Assembly (NCBI RefSeq): GCF_009914755.1
Contig: NC_060941.1
Length of the DNA stretch: 64,000 bases
Direction: 5' to 3' (one strand)
Origin: the human T2T-CHM13v2.0 reference genome, Homo sapiens
The notes under the pieces were generated by a model. It was not told the origin of the DNA. It did not search any database and saw only the letters and a list, made by a program, of their open reading frames with translations. The translations under genes and the position numbers were made by a program. This document shows, piece after piece, positions 1-22,495 of the stretch. The number at the start of each line of letters is the position of its first letter. The stretch's first letter is position 1.

Positions 1-1
1 T

Positions 2-214
<213 letters not shown>

Positions 215-575
215 TCATGTGGTCAAGAGATGGAGACCACTCTGGCCAACATGGTGCAACCCCGCATCTACTAAAAATACTAAAATTAGCCAGGCGAGGT
301 GGCACCCGCCTGTAGTCCCAGCTACTCGGAAGGCTGAGGCAGGAGAATCACTTGAACCTGGTAGGCAGGGGTTGCGGTGAGCGAGATTGCGCCACTGCAC
401 TCCAGCTTGAGCAACAGAGGGAGATTCTGTCTCAAAAACAAAACAAAACAAAACACACACACACACAAAAAAAACAGAAGTTGGGCCAGGCACGGTGGCT
501 CATGCCTGTAATCCTAGCACTTTGGGAGGCCGAGGCAGGTGGACCACCTGAGGTCAGGAGTTCGAGACCAGCCTA

Positions 576-764
<189 letters not shown>

Positions 765-804
765 TCAAAAAAACAAAAAAACAAACAAACAAAAAAGAAG
801 TCGA

Positions 805-895
805 CAGGTGCACCGAAATCTCGGAAATCACCACTAAAGAACTTATCCATGTAACCAAAAACTACCTGTTCCCCAAAAAATATTGAAATAAAATT
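805..895 (+). mobile_element. L1 (L1PA/L1PB-type) 3' end fragment
   Basis: CACCACTAAAGAACTTATCCATGTAACCAAAAACTACCTGTTCCCCAAAAA...AAATAAAA is a typical older primate L1 3' terminus. Confidence 0.75.
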
Positions 896-957
896 ATATA
901 TATATAATTATAATATATATGTGTATATCTACTTATTATATGTATATATATACACTT

Positions 958-1000
<43 letters not shown>

Positions 1001-1011
1001 CACACACACAC
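895..1011. repeat. (TA)n/(CA)n microsatellite
   Basis: Direct reading. Confidence 0.95.
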
Positions 1012-1173
1012 TTTCTTTTTTTTGATATGGAGTCTCGCTCTGTGACCCAGGCTGGAGTGCAGTGGCATGATCTTGGCTCCCTGCAACCTCTGCCTACCAG
1101 ATTCAAGCAATTCTCCCTGCCTCAGCCTCACGAGTGGCTGGGATTACAGGCACCCACCACCATGCCCAGCTAA

Positions 1174-1287
<114 letters not shown>

Positions 1288-1633
1288 TGAGCCACCGTGC
1301 CCGGCCATATATACTATTTTTTTAAAAAAGAGAGAAGTCATTTTAGCTTACTCTAAAAGGAATGGTTTGCCTAAAACCTTTACTGAGATAAAGACATTCC
1401 AGGCAGAGGTCACAGCACATGCAAACGTCTAAAGATCATGGCATGCCCAGGTAACTACAATTCACCATTAAATTTTGAGTCGATGTAAAGGTAAACTATA
1501 AACTAAAGAATAAGTTGAGAATCTCTCTGATTCACAAAGCGAGTAAAAAAGACAAGTAAGATTCCACTTGGCCAGGTGCGGTGGCTCAAGCCTGTAATCC
1601 CAGCATTTTTGGGAGGCCGAGGCAAGCAGATCA

Positions 1634-1846
<213 letters not shown>

Positions 1847-4814
1847 TTACATTCATCCATCTTTTCAAAACACAACTTGAGCCCCTATTGTTTTAAATAT
1901 TCCAAGGTACTGGGAAATGTAGTAAGTTACAAGAGAGCCCTATGTTCTATTGATTGAAATTTAACAGAAGATGAAAGGTCTTAATCATGGGTAATTACAT
2001 TTTATAAAAAAGATCGATTTACAAAAGATCTTGCATAATTCAACAGTCACCTAATTGAGGTTAAGGCTGATAAGAGATGGCTGATATTTCTGTTACTGCC
2101 TAGGTAATACCAACATAGGATAACAGCACAACATTGGTTTACAGCTCAGTCAGGCTTTCATATAACATGATTTCTGAAGACTTTCTGAAATGAGAAGGTA
2201 ACATTTCAAACTCTGAATATGAAATGAAACTTTTAAAAATCACATAGTTCAAGTCTGCATATAATGTAACCACACTGAAATTACATATGTGAACAAGAAA
2301 AAGCACAGGCCAGGCACGGTGGCTCATGCTTGTATAATCCCAGCACTTTGGGAGGCCAAGGAGGGCTCATCACTCAAGCTCAGGAGTTCGACACCAGCCT
2401 GGGCAATATGACTCTGTCTCCACGAAACCCTGTCTCCACGAAAAATATGAAAATTAGCCTGGTGTAGTGGTGTGCATCTGTAGTCCCAGCTACTCAAAGG
2501 CTGAGGTGGGAGGGGATCACCAAGCCCAGGAGGCAGAGGTTGCAGTGAGCTGAGAGTGAGCCACTGCACTCCAGCCTGAGCGACGGATCAAGACCCTGTA
2601 TACAAAAAAAAAAAAAAAAAAGGAAATGAATGCTCATAAAAAGTCTAGGATAGTCATTAATGATTTAATGTGACTTAATTGCTTGCCAGTGGCATGACTT
2701 TATAAGTTGGTCACCCTCTACTACGCTTGGCAAACCTTAGAATAACCACGATAGGGTTAGGCCAACAGCAAAATCGTGGCAGGAGAAGCGCAGCAGTTTT
2801 TTTTGTTTGTTTTTCTGTTTTTTTGTTGTTGTTGTTGTTTTTTGCATATTATAAAACCACATTAGCCCTGGAAATTCCAGAGAGTCCCCTCAGCACAAGC
2901 ATTTGTCAGATCACTCAGGTATGTTGGTATGAAACGCACATACTCCTCCCCTTTTCTGTTTTTCTCACACACATACCCACTTTTTTTTAAGGACTAGGGG
3001 GATTAAGGGCCTGTGAATGAGCTTTTTCAGCAGGTATAATAACACATCTTCACTAAATACCCCTCTTCCCTTTCAATAACTAATAGGCCAGCAACAACAT
3101 TAAAGTGACTTCAGACAACTCTCCTGGGAGCAACTAGACACCGTTAAAAAAAAAAAAATCAGTGGACAATACAGACTTATGTCAGGATCTAAAAAGAGTA
3201 AGCTTTGTGATGAAGCAAAATGCTTTTAAGTCCAGATGGCTTATAGGGACTGTTTCGCCCCACTGTTCTGGGGAAAAACAAATGAATACTTTGAAAAGAC
3301 AAGCTCCCAAAGTTAAAAAAAAAAAAAAAAAAATTCCCTAAAGGTTGTTGCTTGTTGGAGTAAAGATGCAGAAGAAAAAAGAAAGAAAAGAAAAAGAATA
3401 GCCATTTAAATACTTTGACTATAGTACTTGTCTAAAAAATAGTATCAAATAAAGGGCTGGCTTATTAAGTGTCCATCAAGATATTATATTAATTAGTTAA
3501 ATGTAATTGTTTTTAAATGTAATTTCTTTTAAGAAATAAGACAGGATTGAAGACCATATTAAATAACACTCAAGGGATATAATCCCTTCCAAGTCCAAAA
3601 TGTGGAAAATTTTTTAACACAAATGATTTGGTTTCTTCTACAATAAATGTCAAGTGGGGAAAAAAAGAAAAAAAGAACCATTATATATAAAGAGGAACTT
3701 GAGACATATTGAACCAAGTATAAATGTATAGACTCTCTTGTTTAGATACTGATTGAAAACAACCAACTACAAAACTACATTTAAGAGACAATTAGGGAAA
3801 TATGAACACTTATTAAGTATTAAATATTATTAAAGAGTAATTGTTTATAAGTTTTAGATGTGTTAATGGTGTTGTGGTTATATTTGTTAAACAGCCCTAT
3901 CTCCTAAAGATACAATGATATAGTCTTTGGTCTGCCTTAATATTATGGTGAAAAATTGGTTTGGCCAGGCACAGTGGCTCACGCCTGTAATCTCAGTGCT
4001 TTGGGAGGCAAAGGTGGGAAGATCACTTGAGGCCGAGAGTTTGAGAACAGCCTGGGGAACATAGAGAGACCCTTGTCTCTACAAAAAAAAAAAAAAAAGA
4101 AAAAAAGAAAAAGAAAAATTTAGCTGGACGTGGTGGCAGACACCTGTAGTTCTAGCTACTCAGGAAGCTAAACTGGGAGGATTGCTTTAGCCCAGGAGTT
4201 CTAAGCTGCAGTGAGCTATGATCACACCACTGCACGCCTGCCTGGGCTACAGAGCAAGCAAATGTCTCTTAAAAAATTTTTTTTTCTAAAGAAAAAATAT
4301 TGGCATTTTGTTGGTAACTGCTGAAGTTGAATGATGGGTATATGGGAGTTCAAATATATTCTACTATTCTCGGTAATCATCAATGTTTAGATATTTCTGT
4401 AAAAAAAAAAAAAAAAAAAAGTTGGCCAGGCATAGTGGCTCATGCTTGTAATCCCAGCACTTTGGGAGGCTGAGGTGGACAGATTGCTTGAGCTCAGGAG
4501 TTCGAGACAAGCCTAGGCAAAATAGCAAAACCCTCTTTTTAAAAAAAACAAAAAAATGAAAATAAATTATTGGAATAAAAGTATCAGTGGTGTTTAATAT
4601 GAAAAAAGTTTGTCCTGCCATTAAAAAGCAAATATGCAGAAAGGGGCATGTACAAAGACATTCATTGAAGGGCTATTTGTAACAGTTCACAACTGGAAGA
4701 TAACTTAAATGTCTATCAACAGACAGTGGATAAGAAAATTATAATAGATCTGGCCAGGCATGGTGGCTCACGCCTGTAATCCCTGCACTTTGGGAGGCCG
4801 AGGCGGGTGGATCA

Positions 4815-5156
<342 letters not shown>

Positions 5157-6760
5157 TTAGTAATATCCCTAGTAGGTAGACAGTCCCACACCAGACTGGC
5201 CAGGTGGCCTTCCTTGCTCACCCACACAGGAAATAAGAGGTTTGTTTTCTCAATAAACTCAACCAGAAATTTTAGACTAGGAACACTCTAGGCACAGCCA
5301 GGCAGGTGCCAAATGACAAGTGGAATTACATGAAGGTCTAAAGTCTACGTACTAAACAGTAATAGGGCCTCCTTCCTGCCTTCACCCAGGTTGCAATAAT
5401 GTAAATATCTAGGCTTACCTACCACTCCACCAGCCACACCTCAAAGAGACTATCCTTCTCTGGAAAAACTCAAGTGTCTCTACGAAAGGACCATGGGATA
5501 TTGAAATCTGGGTTGCCAAGAGGCAGTAAACTGTATCCAGGCACACAAAGCTTCCAACCCTCCTTTTTTAGTGTCTCACTTTTAAAACATGAAGGATAAT
5601 TAAGAATTATAAGGCACTTTAAGTTCTAGCCTGAAAGAGAGAAACCAAAACTATAAGAAATAAAAATGGGACTCTGACAAAACAGACAAAGCAGGGAACA
5701 AATGAAAACTATAATTAATATACTCAGAGACCAAAGAAAAGTCATTGCTCCCATGGAACCAGAATAGTATGCTATTTTTAAAAGTAGTGAGGAGGGAAAC
5801 AAAACAGGAAAGAGCACTTGGAAATTATTAAAGTATGAATTGACGAATCCAGCACTTTTTGTCTTTCTTATATACAAACTATACCTTAGGGTAACCAAAC
5901 AGTTGATGAGGGGAAGTTTCCTTTACAAGAAAATTTAGCTGATAAATGTTGAAGGAATAACTGGATTGAAATAGCACCATTTCCCAACCCCTAATGATAT
6001 AATAAGGAATATCCAGTTTTCCAGGTTGTCTCATATATGTTTTTACACTCAAGATCCAAACAAGGTTCATACATTACATTTGGATAATATATCTCTTAAG
6101 TCTCTTTTAAACTCTGGATTCCCCAAGTAATGATCCTTTTCACCTAAGTGATGATCCTATAATGGAATACTATAAAACCATTAAAAATATATAGCTATGT
6201 ACTTCCAGACATAGTTTGTGCCAGTTATCAGTGAATGAAACTGAATAGGCAATTCACAGAGAAGTAGAATCACCAGTAAATGTAAAACATGCTCAAGCAC
6301 ACTACTGATCTGACAAAAGCAAATTAAAATAAGAAGTGGTGGCCAGGCTGGGCGCGGTGGCTGACGCCTGTAATCCCAGCACTTCGGGAGGCCGAGGTGC
6401 ATGGATCACGAGGTCAGGAGATCGAGACCATCCTGGCTAACACTGTGAAACCCCGTCTCTACTAAAAATACAAAAAAAATTAGCCGGGCGTGGTGGCGGG
6501 CACCTGTAGTCCCAGCTACCGGGAGGCTGAGGCAGGAGAATGGCAGGAACCCAGGAGATGGAGCTTGCAATGAGCCGAGAACTCGCCACTGCACTCCAGC
6601 CTGGGGGACAGAGTGAGACTCCATCTTTAAAAAAAAAAAAAAAGTGGCAGCCAGGCACGGTGGCTCACGCCTGTAATCCCAGCACTTTGGGAGACTGAAG
6701 GGGCAGATCATGAGGTCAGGAGTTCAAGACCAGCCTGACCAACATGGTGAAACCCCGTCT

Positions 6761-7840
<1,080 letters not shown>

Positions 7841-8112
7841 TTATCTAGTTAATTTTACAAATACATATCCTAAAACCTGGCATCCTATTTCTAAAATATA
7901 TACTTTGAGAAGATCTTACATATGCACCGAATGTTACTACAACAACATTTGTAATATATAATGTGGTAATGAAGAATGGATAGTGGTATATTCATGTCAT
8001 CGATGGAATACACAGCAGTTAAAAGGAAAGAATTAGATGCATATGTATATCAACATGGACAGATCAACAGGTAAAAAAAAATAAAATGCAAGATTATATA
8101 AGAATGTAACAG

Positions 8113-9735
8113 TGTGATATCGTGAAATACGTATTTGGTCTCTGACCCAGTTTCCTAACATATAATTCCTAAAATATAATTCCTAAAATCCTTAGAATCT
8201 CCAGAGAGATGTCTTTTTGTATGTTAATGGGTAGATTCATGGCTGGCAGCCCCTACATAGCTTAAGGATGGGAGCTGGTCATTGGAAAGACCAAAAGCAT
8301 AATTAGAGGGTTAGGACTTTCAGCCCACCCCACACAACCTCCCAGGAGGGGAAAGGGGCTGAAGGTGAAGTTGATCACCAATGACCAATGGTTTCATACC
8401 TACGTAGTGACGCCTCCATAAAAACTCAAAAGAACAAGGTTGAGAGATCTTCCAGATAGCTGAACACATGGAGGTTCCTGCAGGGTGACATGTACAGGGA
8501 GGGCATGGAAGCTCTGCACCACTACCCCCATACCCTGCTTTACGCATCTTTTCATCTACATCCTTTGTAACAGTAAACATAACTGTTTCCCCAGGTTCTG
8601 CAAACCATTCAGCAAGTCAACTGAACCTGAGGAGGGGGTTGTGGGAACCCCAGTTTATAGCCAGTTGAGACTGTACTGGACACAGAGGATTCATCAAAAA
8701 TAAAAGACAGTAGCTGGGCAAGGTGGCACATGACTGTAATCCCAGTGATTCGGAGGCTGAGGCAGGAAGACAGCTTGCACCCAGGAATTCAAGATCAGCC
8801 TGGGCAACACAGCAAGACCTTCATCTCATAAAGAAAAAAAATTATGGTATCTACATTATATACACACACACACATATACATATATATGTACATATATATA
8901 CATGGCAGGTTGGTCAGAAGCACAGATAAAATAACCTGAGGCTTGAGATTGGCATAAGTGTTGTCGGTAGTCTTGGGGACTGAGACCTCAAACTGTGGGA
9001 TGTGACACTATCTCAAGTAGACAGTGTCAGTATTAAGTTAGATGACACCTAGCTGGTGCCTGATGCAGAACTGATTGCTTGCTGGTAGGGAAAAACACTC
9101 CCATATTTTTTTATTTGTTTGCTTTTTAAGATAGGGTCTCACTCTGTTGCCTGGGTTGGAGTGCAGGTGACACGATCCCAGCTCACTGCAACCTTGACCT
9201 TCAGGGCTCACTGCAACCTCGACCTTCAGGGCTCAAGCAATCCTCCTGCCTCAGCCTTCCAAGTAGTTGGGACTACAGGCACATGCCACCATGCTCAGCT
9301 AATTTTTGTATTTTTCTGTAGAGACAGGGTTTCATCATGTTGCTCAGGCTGGTTTCAAACTCCTGGGCTCAAGCAATCCACCTGCCTCAGCCTCCCAAAG
9401 CACTGGGATTATAGGCATGAGCCACTGCACCTGCCCTACCCCACATATTTGGTCACAGAAGTCTTCTGTGTTATGTGTGTTTTTTTTTTCAGGTCTGAGA
9501 ATGTGCCAGTGTTGTAACAAGGTTCAAGGGTGGCATATCTCACACACCTGCATGAACACCCAATCACCATGCTCATGAACTACAAATACAGCGGGCTGAT
9601 TGTTTTTGGTGTGAGAGCAGAAGACAGACAGTTCGTGGTTTTTTTTTCCACTCTTAAGCAATGGTTTCTGAATTAGAGGGAAGGGTGAGACAGTTATAAT
9701 CACAAACACCCTGAGTGATTTTTTTTCCAAACACA
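8113..9735 (+). mobile_element. MER21-like solo LTR interrupted by Alus and a U13 retrocopy
   Basis: Starts TGTGATATCGTGAAATACGTATTTGGTC; internal ATTAGAGGGTTAGGACTTTCAGCCC and GAAGGTGAAGTTGATCACCAATG resemble the recalled MER21 consensus. 3' boundary uncertain. Confidence 0.7.
9480..9586 (-). pseudogene. U13 (SNORD13) snoRNA retropseudogene with poly(A) tail
   Basis: Minus strand TTTGTAGTTCATGAGCATGGTGATTGGGTGTTCATGCAGGTGTGTGAGATATGCCACCCTTGAACCTTGTTACAACACTGGCACATT...GACCTG-A10 matches U13. Box C is mutated and the box D region is altered. Confidence 0.9.
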
Positions 9736-9822
9736 CAGGCCCTGCCTAGCAGCACTTCTTCCAACCAGTCTCACAAGCCTGTGGGGGTAAATGGGTTTTT
9801 ACTTATTTATTTATTTATTTGA

Positions 9823-10029
<207 letters not shown>

Positions 10030-10209
10030 TGACCTCAGGTGATCCGCCCCCCTCGGCCTCCCAAAGTGCTGGGACTATAGGCATGAGCCACTGTGCCCAG
10101 CCGGATGGGTTTAAAGAATTGGTTACTTTGGGCCGGGCACAGTGGCTCACGCCAGTAATCCCAGCAATTTGGGAGGCCAAGGCGGGCGGATCACAAGGTC
10201 AGGAGATCA

Positions 10210-10890
<681 letters not shown>

Positions 10891-11069
10891 GTTATGATGT
10901 TTGCTACATCAGCCAAGTGATGCCTTACTAACTTTGTTACACAGTTATGTGCTTCTGTAGGTATATGGCCAACATCTTACATTTCTGACTTTAATTTACA
11001 GATCTTCAATCCTGACACTGTGGTTTTTGCTTCAACACTTGACTCTATTATGAAAATATTCTTCTATTA

Positions 11070-11103
<34 letters not shown>

Positions 11104-12440
11104 AGAAATTGTTATCTTAAAAAAGACCCAGCCAGGCGCAGTGGCTCACGCCTGTAATCCCAGCACTTTGGGAGGCCGAGACAGGTGGATCACCTGAAGT
11201 CAGGACTTCGAGACCAGCCTGGCCAAAAAGACAAAACCTTGTCTCTACCAAAAATAAAAAAATTAGCCAGGCATTGTGGAAGGCACCTGTAACTCCAGCT
11301 ACTCAGGAGCCTGAGGCAAGACAATCACTTGAACCTGGGAGGCGGGAGTTGCAATGGACCGAGATTGTGCCACTGCACTCCAGCCTGAGCAACAGAGTGA
11401 GACTCTGTCTCCAAAAAAATAAAAATAAAATAAGGGTAAATAAGCACTTTGCACTTAAATGTTTCTTCAGTAAGCCAAGATAACAAACTTTAATGCTTGA
11501 GACATTTAATTTGGCTGCTGAGAATTCTGTTTAATTCCTGGCCCTTGGCTAGGTTAAGGATGGTTAAAACTGAGCCAATTACGGACTGAATTCCTATCCC
11601 AAGATAAAAGTATTTTTTAAAGAGTTAAAACTAGGGTCAGGCACAGTGGCTCACACCTATAATCCCAGCACTTTGGGAGGCCAAGGTGGGCAGACTGCTT
11701 GAGCCCAGAAGTTTCAGACCAGCCTGGGCAACATGGTGAGATCCTGTCTCTACAAAAATTACAAAAATTAACTGGACATGGTGGTGTCTGGCTTGATGCC
11801 TATAATACTTGTGACAGTACCTACAGTACCTGCTACTTGGGAGGCTGAGGTGGAAGGATCACATGAGACTGAAGTCAAGGCTGCAGTGAGCCATAATCGT
11901 GCCACTGCACTCCAGTCTAGGACAGAGAGACCCTGCCTTCAAAAAAAAATGGCCAGGTGCAGTGGCTCACATCTGTAATCTGGTACTTTGGGACGCCAAG
12001 GCGGGAGGATCAACTGAGGTTGGGAGTTCCAGACCAGCCTGACTAACATGGAGAAACCCCCTCTCTACTAAAAATACAAAATTAGCCAGGCATGGTGGTG
12101 CATGCCTGTAATCCCAGCTACTTGGGAGGCTGAGGCAAGAGAATCGCTTGAACCTGGCGGGGCAGAGGTTGCGGTGAGCCAAGATTGCGCCATTGTACTC
12201 CAGCCTGGGCAATAAGAGCAAAACTCCGTCTAAAAAAAAAAAAGTTAAAACTAAACAAAGCCAAAAATGAGTGTGTAATTTCTGCCAAATGTGTCCAAAT
12301 TACATCAAACAAGTTCAAATGGACTATTTTCACAGAGAAACCATAGGCAATCGTCTTTTTAAAAGTGACCCTTATGGGGCTGGGCATGGTGGCTCATGCC
12401 TGTAATCCTAGCATTCAGGGAGGCCAAGGCAGGTGGATCA

Positions 12441-12695
<255 letters not shown>

Positions 12696-12823
12696 CTACA
12701 CTTTGAAAAAACTGCTTAACCTTTAAAAAGGTATTTGTTTTGCCATCATCTGATGCCTGGCAAAAAATAAAAATAGAAAACAAACAAACAAAAAAGGTAT
12801 TTGTTTCTGACAGGTAGCAGTAA

Positions 12824-13166
<343 letters not shown>

Positions 13167-13826
13167 TGATCTGCCCTCCTTGGCCTCCCAAAGTGCTGGG
13201 ATTATAGGCATAAGCCACCGCGCCTGGCCTATACCATAATAGTCTAGCACAGGCTTTTAACCAACATGGATTTCCACGCCCCCAAAAATAATTGTTTATT
13301 TTTCTTTAGAACAAATGTTTTCTTCAGAAATAAATGTTGTTTTACTCACCATTTTATCTGTTACTCTAAGGTACTGCTGAATCCTGATTAGAAAGGTCTA
13401 ACATGGGCCATGCACAGTGGCTCACATTTGTAATCCTAGCATTTTGGGAGGCCAAGGTGGGCGAACTGCCTGAGCTCAGGAATTTGATACCAGGCTGAGC
13501 AACATGGTGAAACCCCGTCTCTAAAATACAAAAAACATAAAATACTAAAATACAAAAAATTAGCCAGGCATGGTGGCACACGCCTGTAGTCCCAGCTACT
13601 TGGAAGGCTGAGGCACGAGAATCGCTTGAACCTAAAGGCCAGAGGTTACAGTGAGCCAAGATCATGACTCTTCACTCCAGCCTGGGTGACAGTGTGAGAC
13701 TCTGTCTGCAAAAAAAAAAAAAAGAAAAGAAAAAAATAGAAATGTCTAACATAAGAGAAGAAACGAAGAGTTAAAATTAAGTTTTGGCACTTAATCTTCA
13801 TTTGTATGGAAATTTTTTTTTTTTGA

Positions 13827-14045
<219 letters not shown>

Positions 14046-14519
14046 TAATCTGCCCAACTCGGCCTCCCAAAGTGCTGAGATTACAGGCATGAGCCACTGC
14101 ACCTGGCATTATTAATATTATCACTGTTATTTTTAGAGATGGGGTCTCGCTATGTTGCCCAGCTGGCCTTGAATCCTGGGCTCAATCTCTTGAGTAGCTG
14201 GGACTTCAGGCGTGTGTTGCTATACCCGGCTTGAATTCCTACAATACTTCTGAAAGTAATTCCAATGATCTTAACATTTAGATTTTTTAAATGCATAAAT
14301 ATTTACAGAATAGTAAGTATAAGGCAATGTAGGTAAAGTGTCTGAAATAAGTCTGAAATAATTATACCCAGGAGAAGTCATGGTTTTTCTGTATATGCAA
14401 AAGTGAAAGGACTTATTGAAAAACTTTTTGGAAGTTTTAGCATAACTTGGCACCAGAAGTAGGAACGATAATTTGAATGCACAAAGAGAACTTTAAATGG
14501 TTAGTCTTAGCAATTTGAC

Positions 14520-16800
<2,281 letters not shown>

Positions 16801-16974
16801 CAGATCTAAATAATTATCTTATGAGATGAAATGAATTATTTGCTGAAAGAGCAGCTTAACCTTTTCTTCTTCCCTTTTCTTCCCCAGTAGCTTGAAAAAA
16901 CACTTAAAGCTTGGCCGGGCGCAGTGGCTCAAGCCTGTAATCCCAGCACTTTGGGAGGCGAGGTGGGCAGATCA

Positions 16975-17231
<257 letters not shown>

Positions 17232-17422
17232 TTATTAACTTGTTTGTTCCATCTAAAGTGCCTACCTCTTCACTGCTGCTTGCTTGGTTAAAAAAAATAA
17301 AATTATGGCCAGGCGCAGTGGTTCATGTCTGTAATACCAGCACTTTGGGAAGCAGAGGCAGGAGGATCACTTGAGGCCAGGAGTTCAAGTGCCCATCCTG
17401 GGCAACACAGCAAGACCCCCAT

Positions 17423-17426
<4 letters not shown>

Positions 17427-17478
<52 letters not shown>
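17427..17478. repeat. (CA)n microsatellite in an AluJ linker
   Basis: About 25 perfect CA units. Confidence 0.97.
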
Positions 17479-17481
<3 letters not shown>

Positions 17482-17822
17482 CTGGGCATGATGGCATACA
17501 CCTGTAGTCCTAGCTACTCAGGAGGTTGAGGCAAAAGAATCACTTGAACCCAGGAATTCGAGGCTGCAGTGAGCTATGATCACTCCACTGCACACCAGCC
17601 TGGGTGACAGAGCAAGACCGTGTCTCAAAATAAATAGATAAAATAAAATTTAAAAAAATTTTTAAGTAAAATAAAGTACCTGCCACTCTAGTCTTTATCC
17701 CATCACATCTATCACAATCTGTAATTAACTGGTTTGCTTATTGTTTATTGCAATGTAAACTCCAAGACAAGATAGGCTACCTTCCTTGTCTGTTTCATTA
17801 GTGGCTACATCCCCAGGGCTTA

Positions 17823-18011
<189 letters not shown>

Positions 18012-18208
18012 TCAGGAAGCTAGGGTGGGAAAATCACTTGAACCTGGGAGGCGGAGGTTGCAGTGATCCAAGATCAAGCCACTGCACTCCAGTCTGGGCA
18101 ATAGAGCAAGACTCTGTCTTAATTTTTAAAAATAAAAATAAAAAAGTCCGGGTGCAGTGGCTCACGCCTGTAATCCTAGCACTTTGGGAGGCTGAAGTGT
18201 GCAGATCA

Positions 18209-18460
<252 letters not shown>

Positions 18461-18843
18461 TCAATAAATATTTGTTCTTTCTAAGCATCTATGTTTCTGT
18501 TTATCTTTCCACCTACTTGGGGGAATGGGATAAGGTAGAACTAGAGAATCATAAAGTTCCTGTCCAGCTCTTTAAAAGAAACTGCAGGAAGGCCGGATGC
18601 AGTGGCTCACACCTGCAATCCCAGCACCTTGGGAGGCCAAGGCGGCAGATCATTTGAGGCCAGGAGTTTGAGACCAGCCTGGGCAACATAGTCTGACCCC
18701 CATCCCTACCAAAAAAAATTAATTAATTTAATTAAAACTGCAGGAAGAACAAGAGAAAACACACTTTAAAGGGCAATAATAGTCAGACACGGTGGCTCAC
18801 GCCTGTAATCCCAGCACTTTGGGAGGCCAAGGTGGGCAGATCA

Positions 18844-19293
<450 letters not shown>

Positions 19294-19727
19294 CTATACC
19301 CCAGAGGAAATCTTATCAGCAGGTAAAAGAATTTCTCAGGCTCTATAACCCTGGCAGAGTAGGTAAACAAGTCAGAAACAAGATATCCTGGAAATACATG
19401 ATTTAAGAAAAAAAAAAAAAAAAGATGGCCATGGGGCGGTGGCTGGTGCTGGTTATCCCAGCATTTTGGGAGGCTGAGGCAGGCAGGTCACCTGAGGTTG
19501 CAAGTTCAAGACCAGCATGGTCAACATGGCAAAACCCCGTCTCTACTAAAAATACAAAAATTAGCTGGGTGTGGTGGCAGGCACCTGTAGTCCCAGCTAC
19601 TCAGAAGGCTGAGGCACAAGAATCACTTGAACCCAGGAGGCAGAGGTTGTGGTGAGATGAAATTGCACCACTACACTCCAGCCTAGGTGACAAAGCGAAA
19701 GACTGTCTCAAAAAAAAAAAAAAATAG

Positions 19728-20310
<583 letters not shown>

Positions 20311-20518
20311 TAGCTGGGATTACAGACGTGCACCACCAAGCCCAGCTACTTTTATATTTTTAGTAGAGACAGGGTTTCTCCATGTTGGTCAGGCTGGTCT
20401 CGAACTCCTGACCTCAGGTGATCCGCCCGCCTCAGACTCCCCAAGTGCTAAGATTACAGGCATGAGCCACCACGCCTGGCCAATGTGCTAATTTTAAAAC
20501 AAAATTAGCCAATTTTAA

Positions 20519-20791
<273 letters not shown>

Positions 20792-21845
20792 TGATCTGCC
20801 CACCTCGGCCTTCCAAAGTGCTGGGATTACAGGCGTGAGCCACTGCGTCCGGCCTCAAATTTAAATTTCTTATAGAAAAGTAACTAAAATGCAAACACTT
20901 CCTCCCAGATGAGTTTCATTAATTCATTATAAACATATTAAGAAGCTAGTTAGCTATATAATAACTGACACATACTGTGCTCTTAAAAATTAATTCAAAT
21001 TAATATTAGATGATATTACAAAGGTTCTTTTTTTTCTTTTCTTTTCTTTTTGACAGAGTCTCACTGTGTTGCCCAGGCTGGAGCACAGTGGCATGAACAC
21101 ATCTTACCTCAGCCTTGACTTCCTAGGCTGGTGCGATCCTCCTGCCTCGGCCCCCCAAGTAGCTGGGACTATAGGCACACACCACCACACCACGCTAATT
21201 TTTATATTTTTTGTAGAGACAAGGTTTTGCTATGTTACCCAGGCTGATCTTCAACTCATGAGCTCAAGTGTTCCGCCCACCTCAGCCTCCCAAAGTGCTG
21301 GGATTACAGGCATTAGCTACTACACTCGGCCTTGGAAATGTTCTCAAACGTAAATAATATGGTGGTTATATGGCAGAATATTCTCATTTTTTAGGAGATA
21401 AATATGTTAAGTACTGAGAGGCAAAGTATCATAATGTCTGTAATTTAAATATGTTAAGTACTGAGGGGCAAAGTATGTCTGCAATTTAAAATGGTTCAGC
21501 AATTAAATATGTGTATGTGTGTATATGTGTATCCACACCCACACATCCACATATACAGACAGATAAATAAAACAACAACTACTGAATCTATATAGTGGGT
21601 ATACAAATGACAAATGTACTTTCCATTTTTCTATATGTTTGAAAGTTTACCTAATAAAAAGTTGGGAGGGGTGGTGGTGGGTTTACTGAAAAAGTTTACT
21701 AACCTTACAAAAAAAAAAAAAAAACCCTAGCTGGACGTGGTGGCTCACGCTTGTAATCCCAGCACTTTGGGAGGCCGAGGCAGGCAGATCACTTGAGCTC
21801 ACAAATTCGAGACCAGCCTGGGCAACATGGTGAAACCCGTCTTTA

Positions 21846-22104
<259 letters not shown>

Positions 22105-22248
22105 CTATTATGCCAAACTACTGAATGCTGTAATTCTTAAGAAAATAAAACACAGTATGGCCGGGTGGGTGGCTCATGCCTGTAATCCCACCACTTTGGG
22201 AGGCCGAGGCGGGCAGATCACGAGGTCAGATTGAGACCATCCTGGCTA

Positions 22249-22495
<247 letters not shown>

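Noticed and set aside
2640-3300. Non-repeat intronic stretch as a possible alternative exon or enhancer
   Set aside because: No convincing splice-site pair, JIP4-like ORF or distinctive motif cluster was visible.
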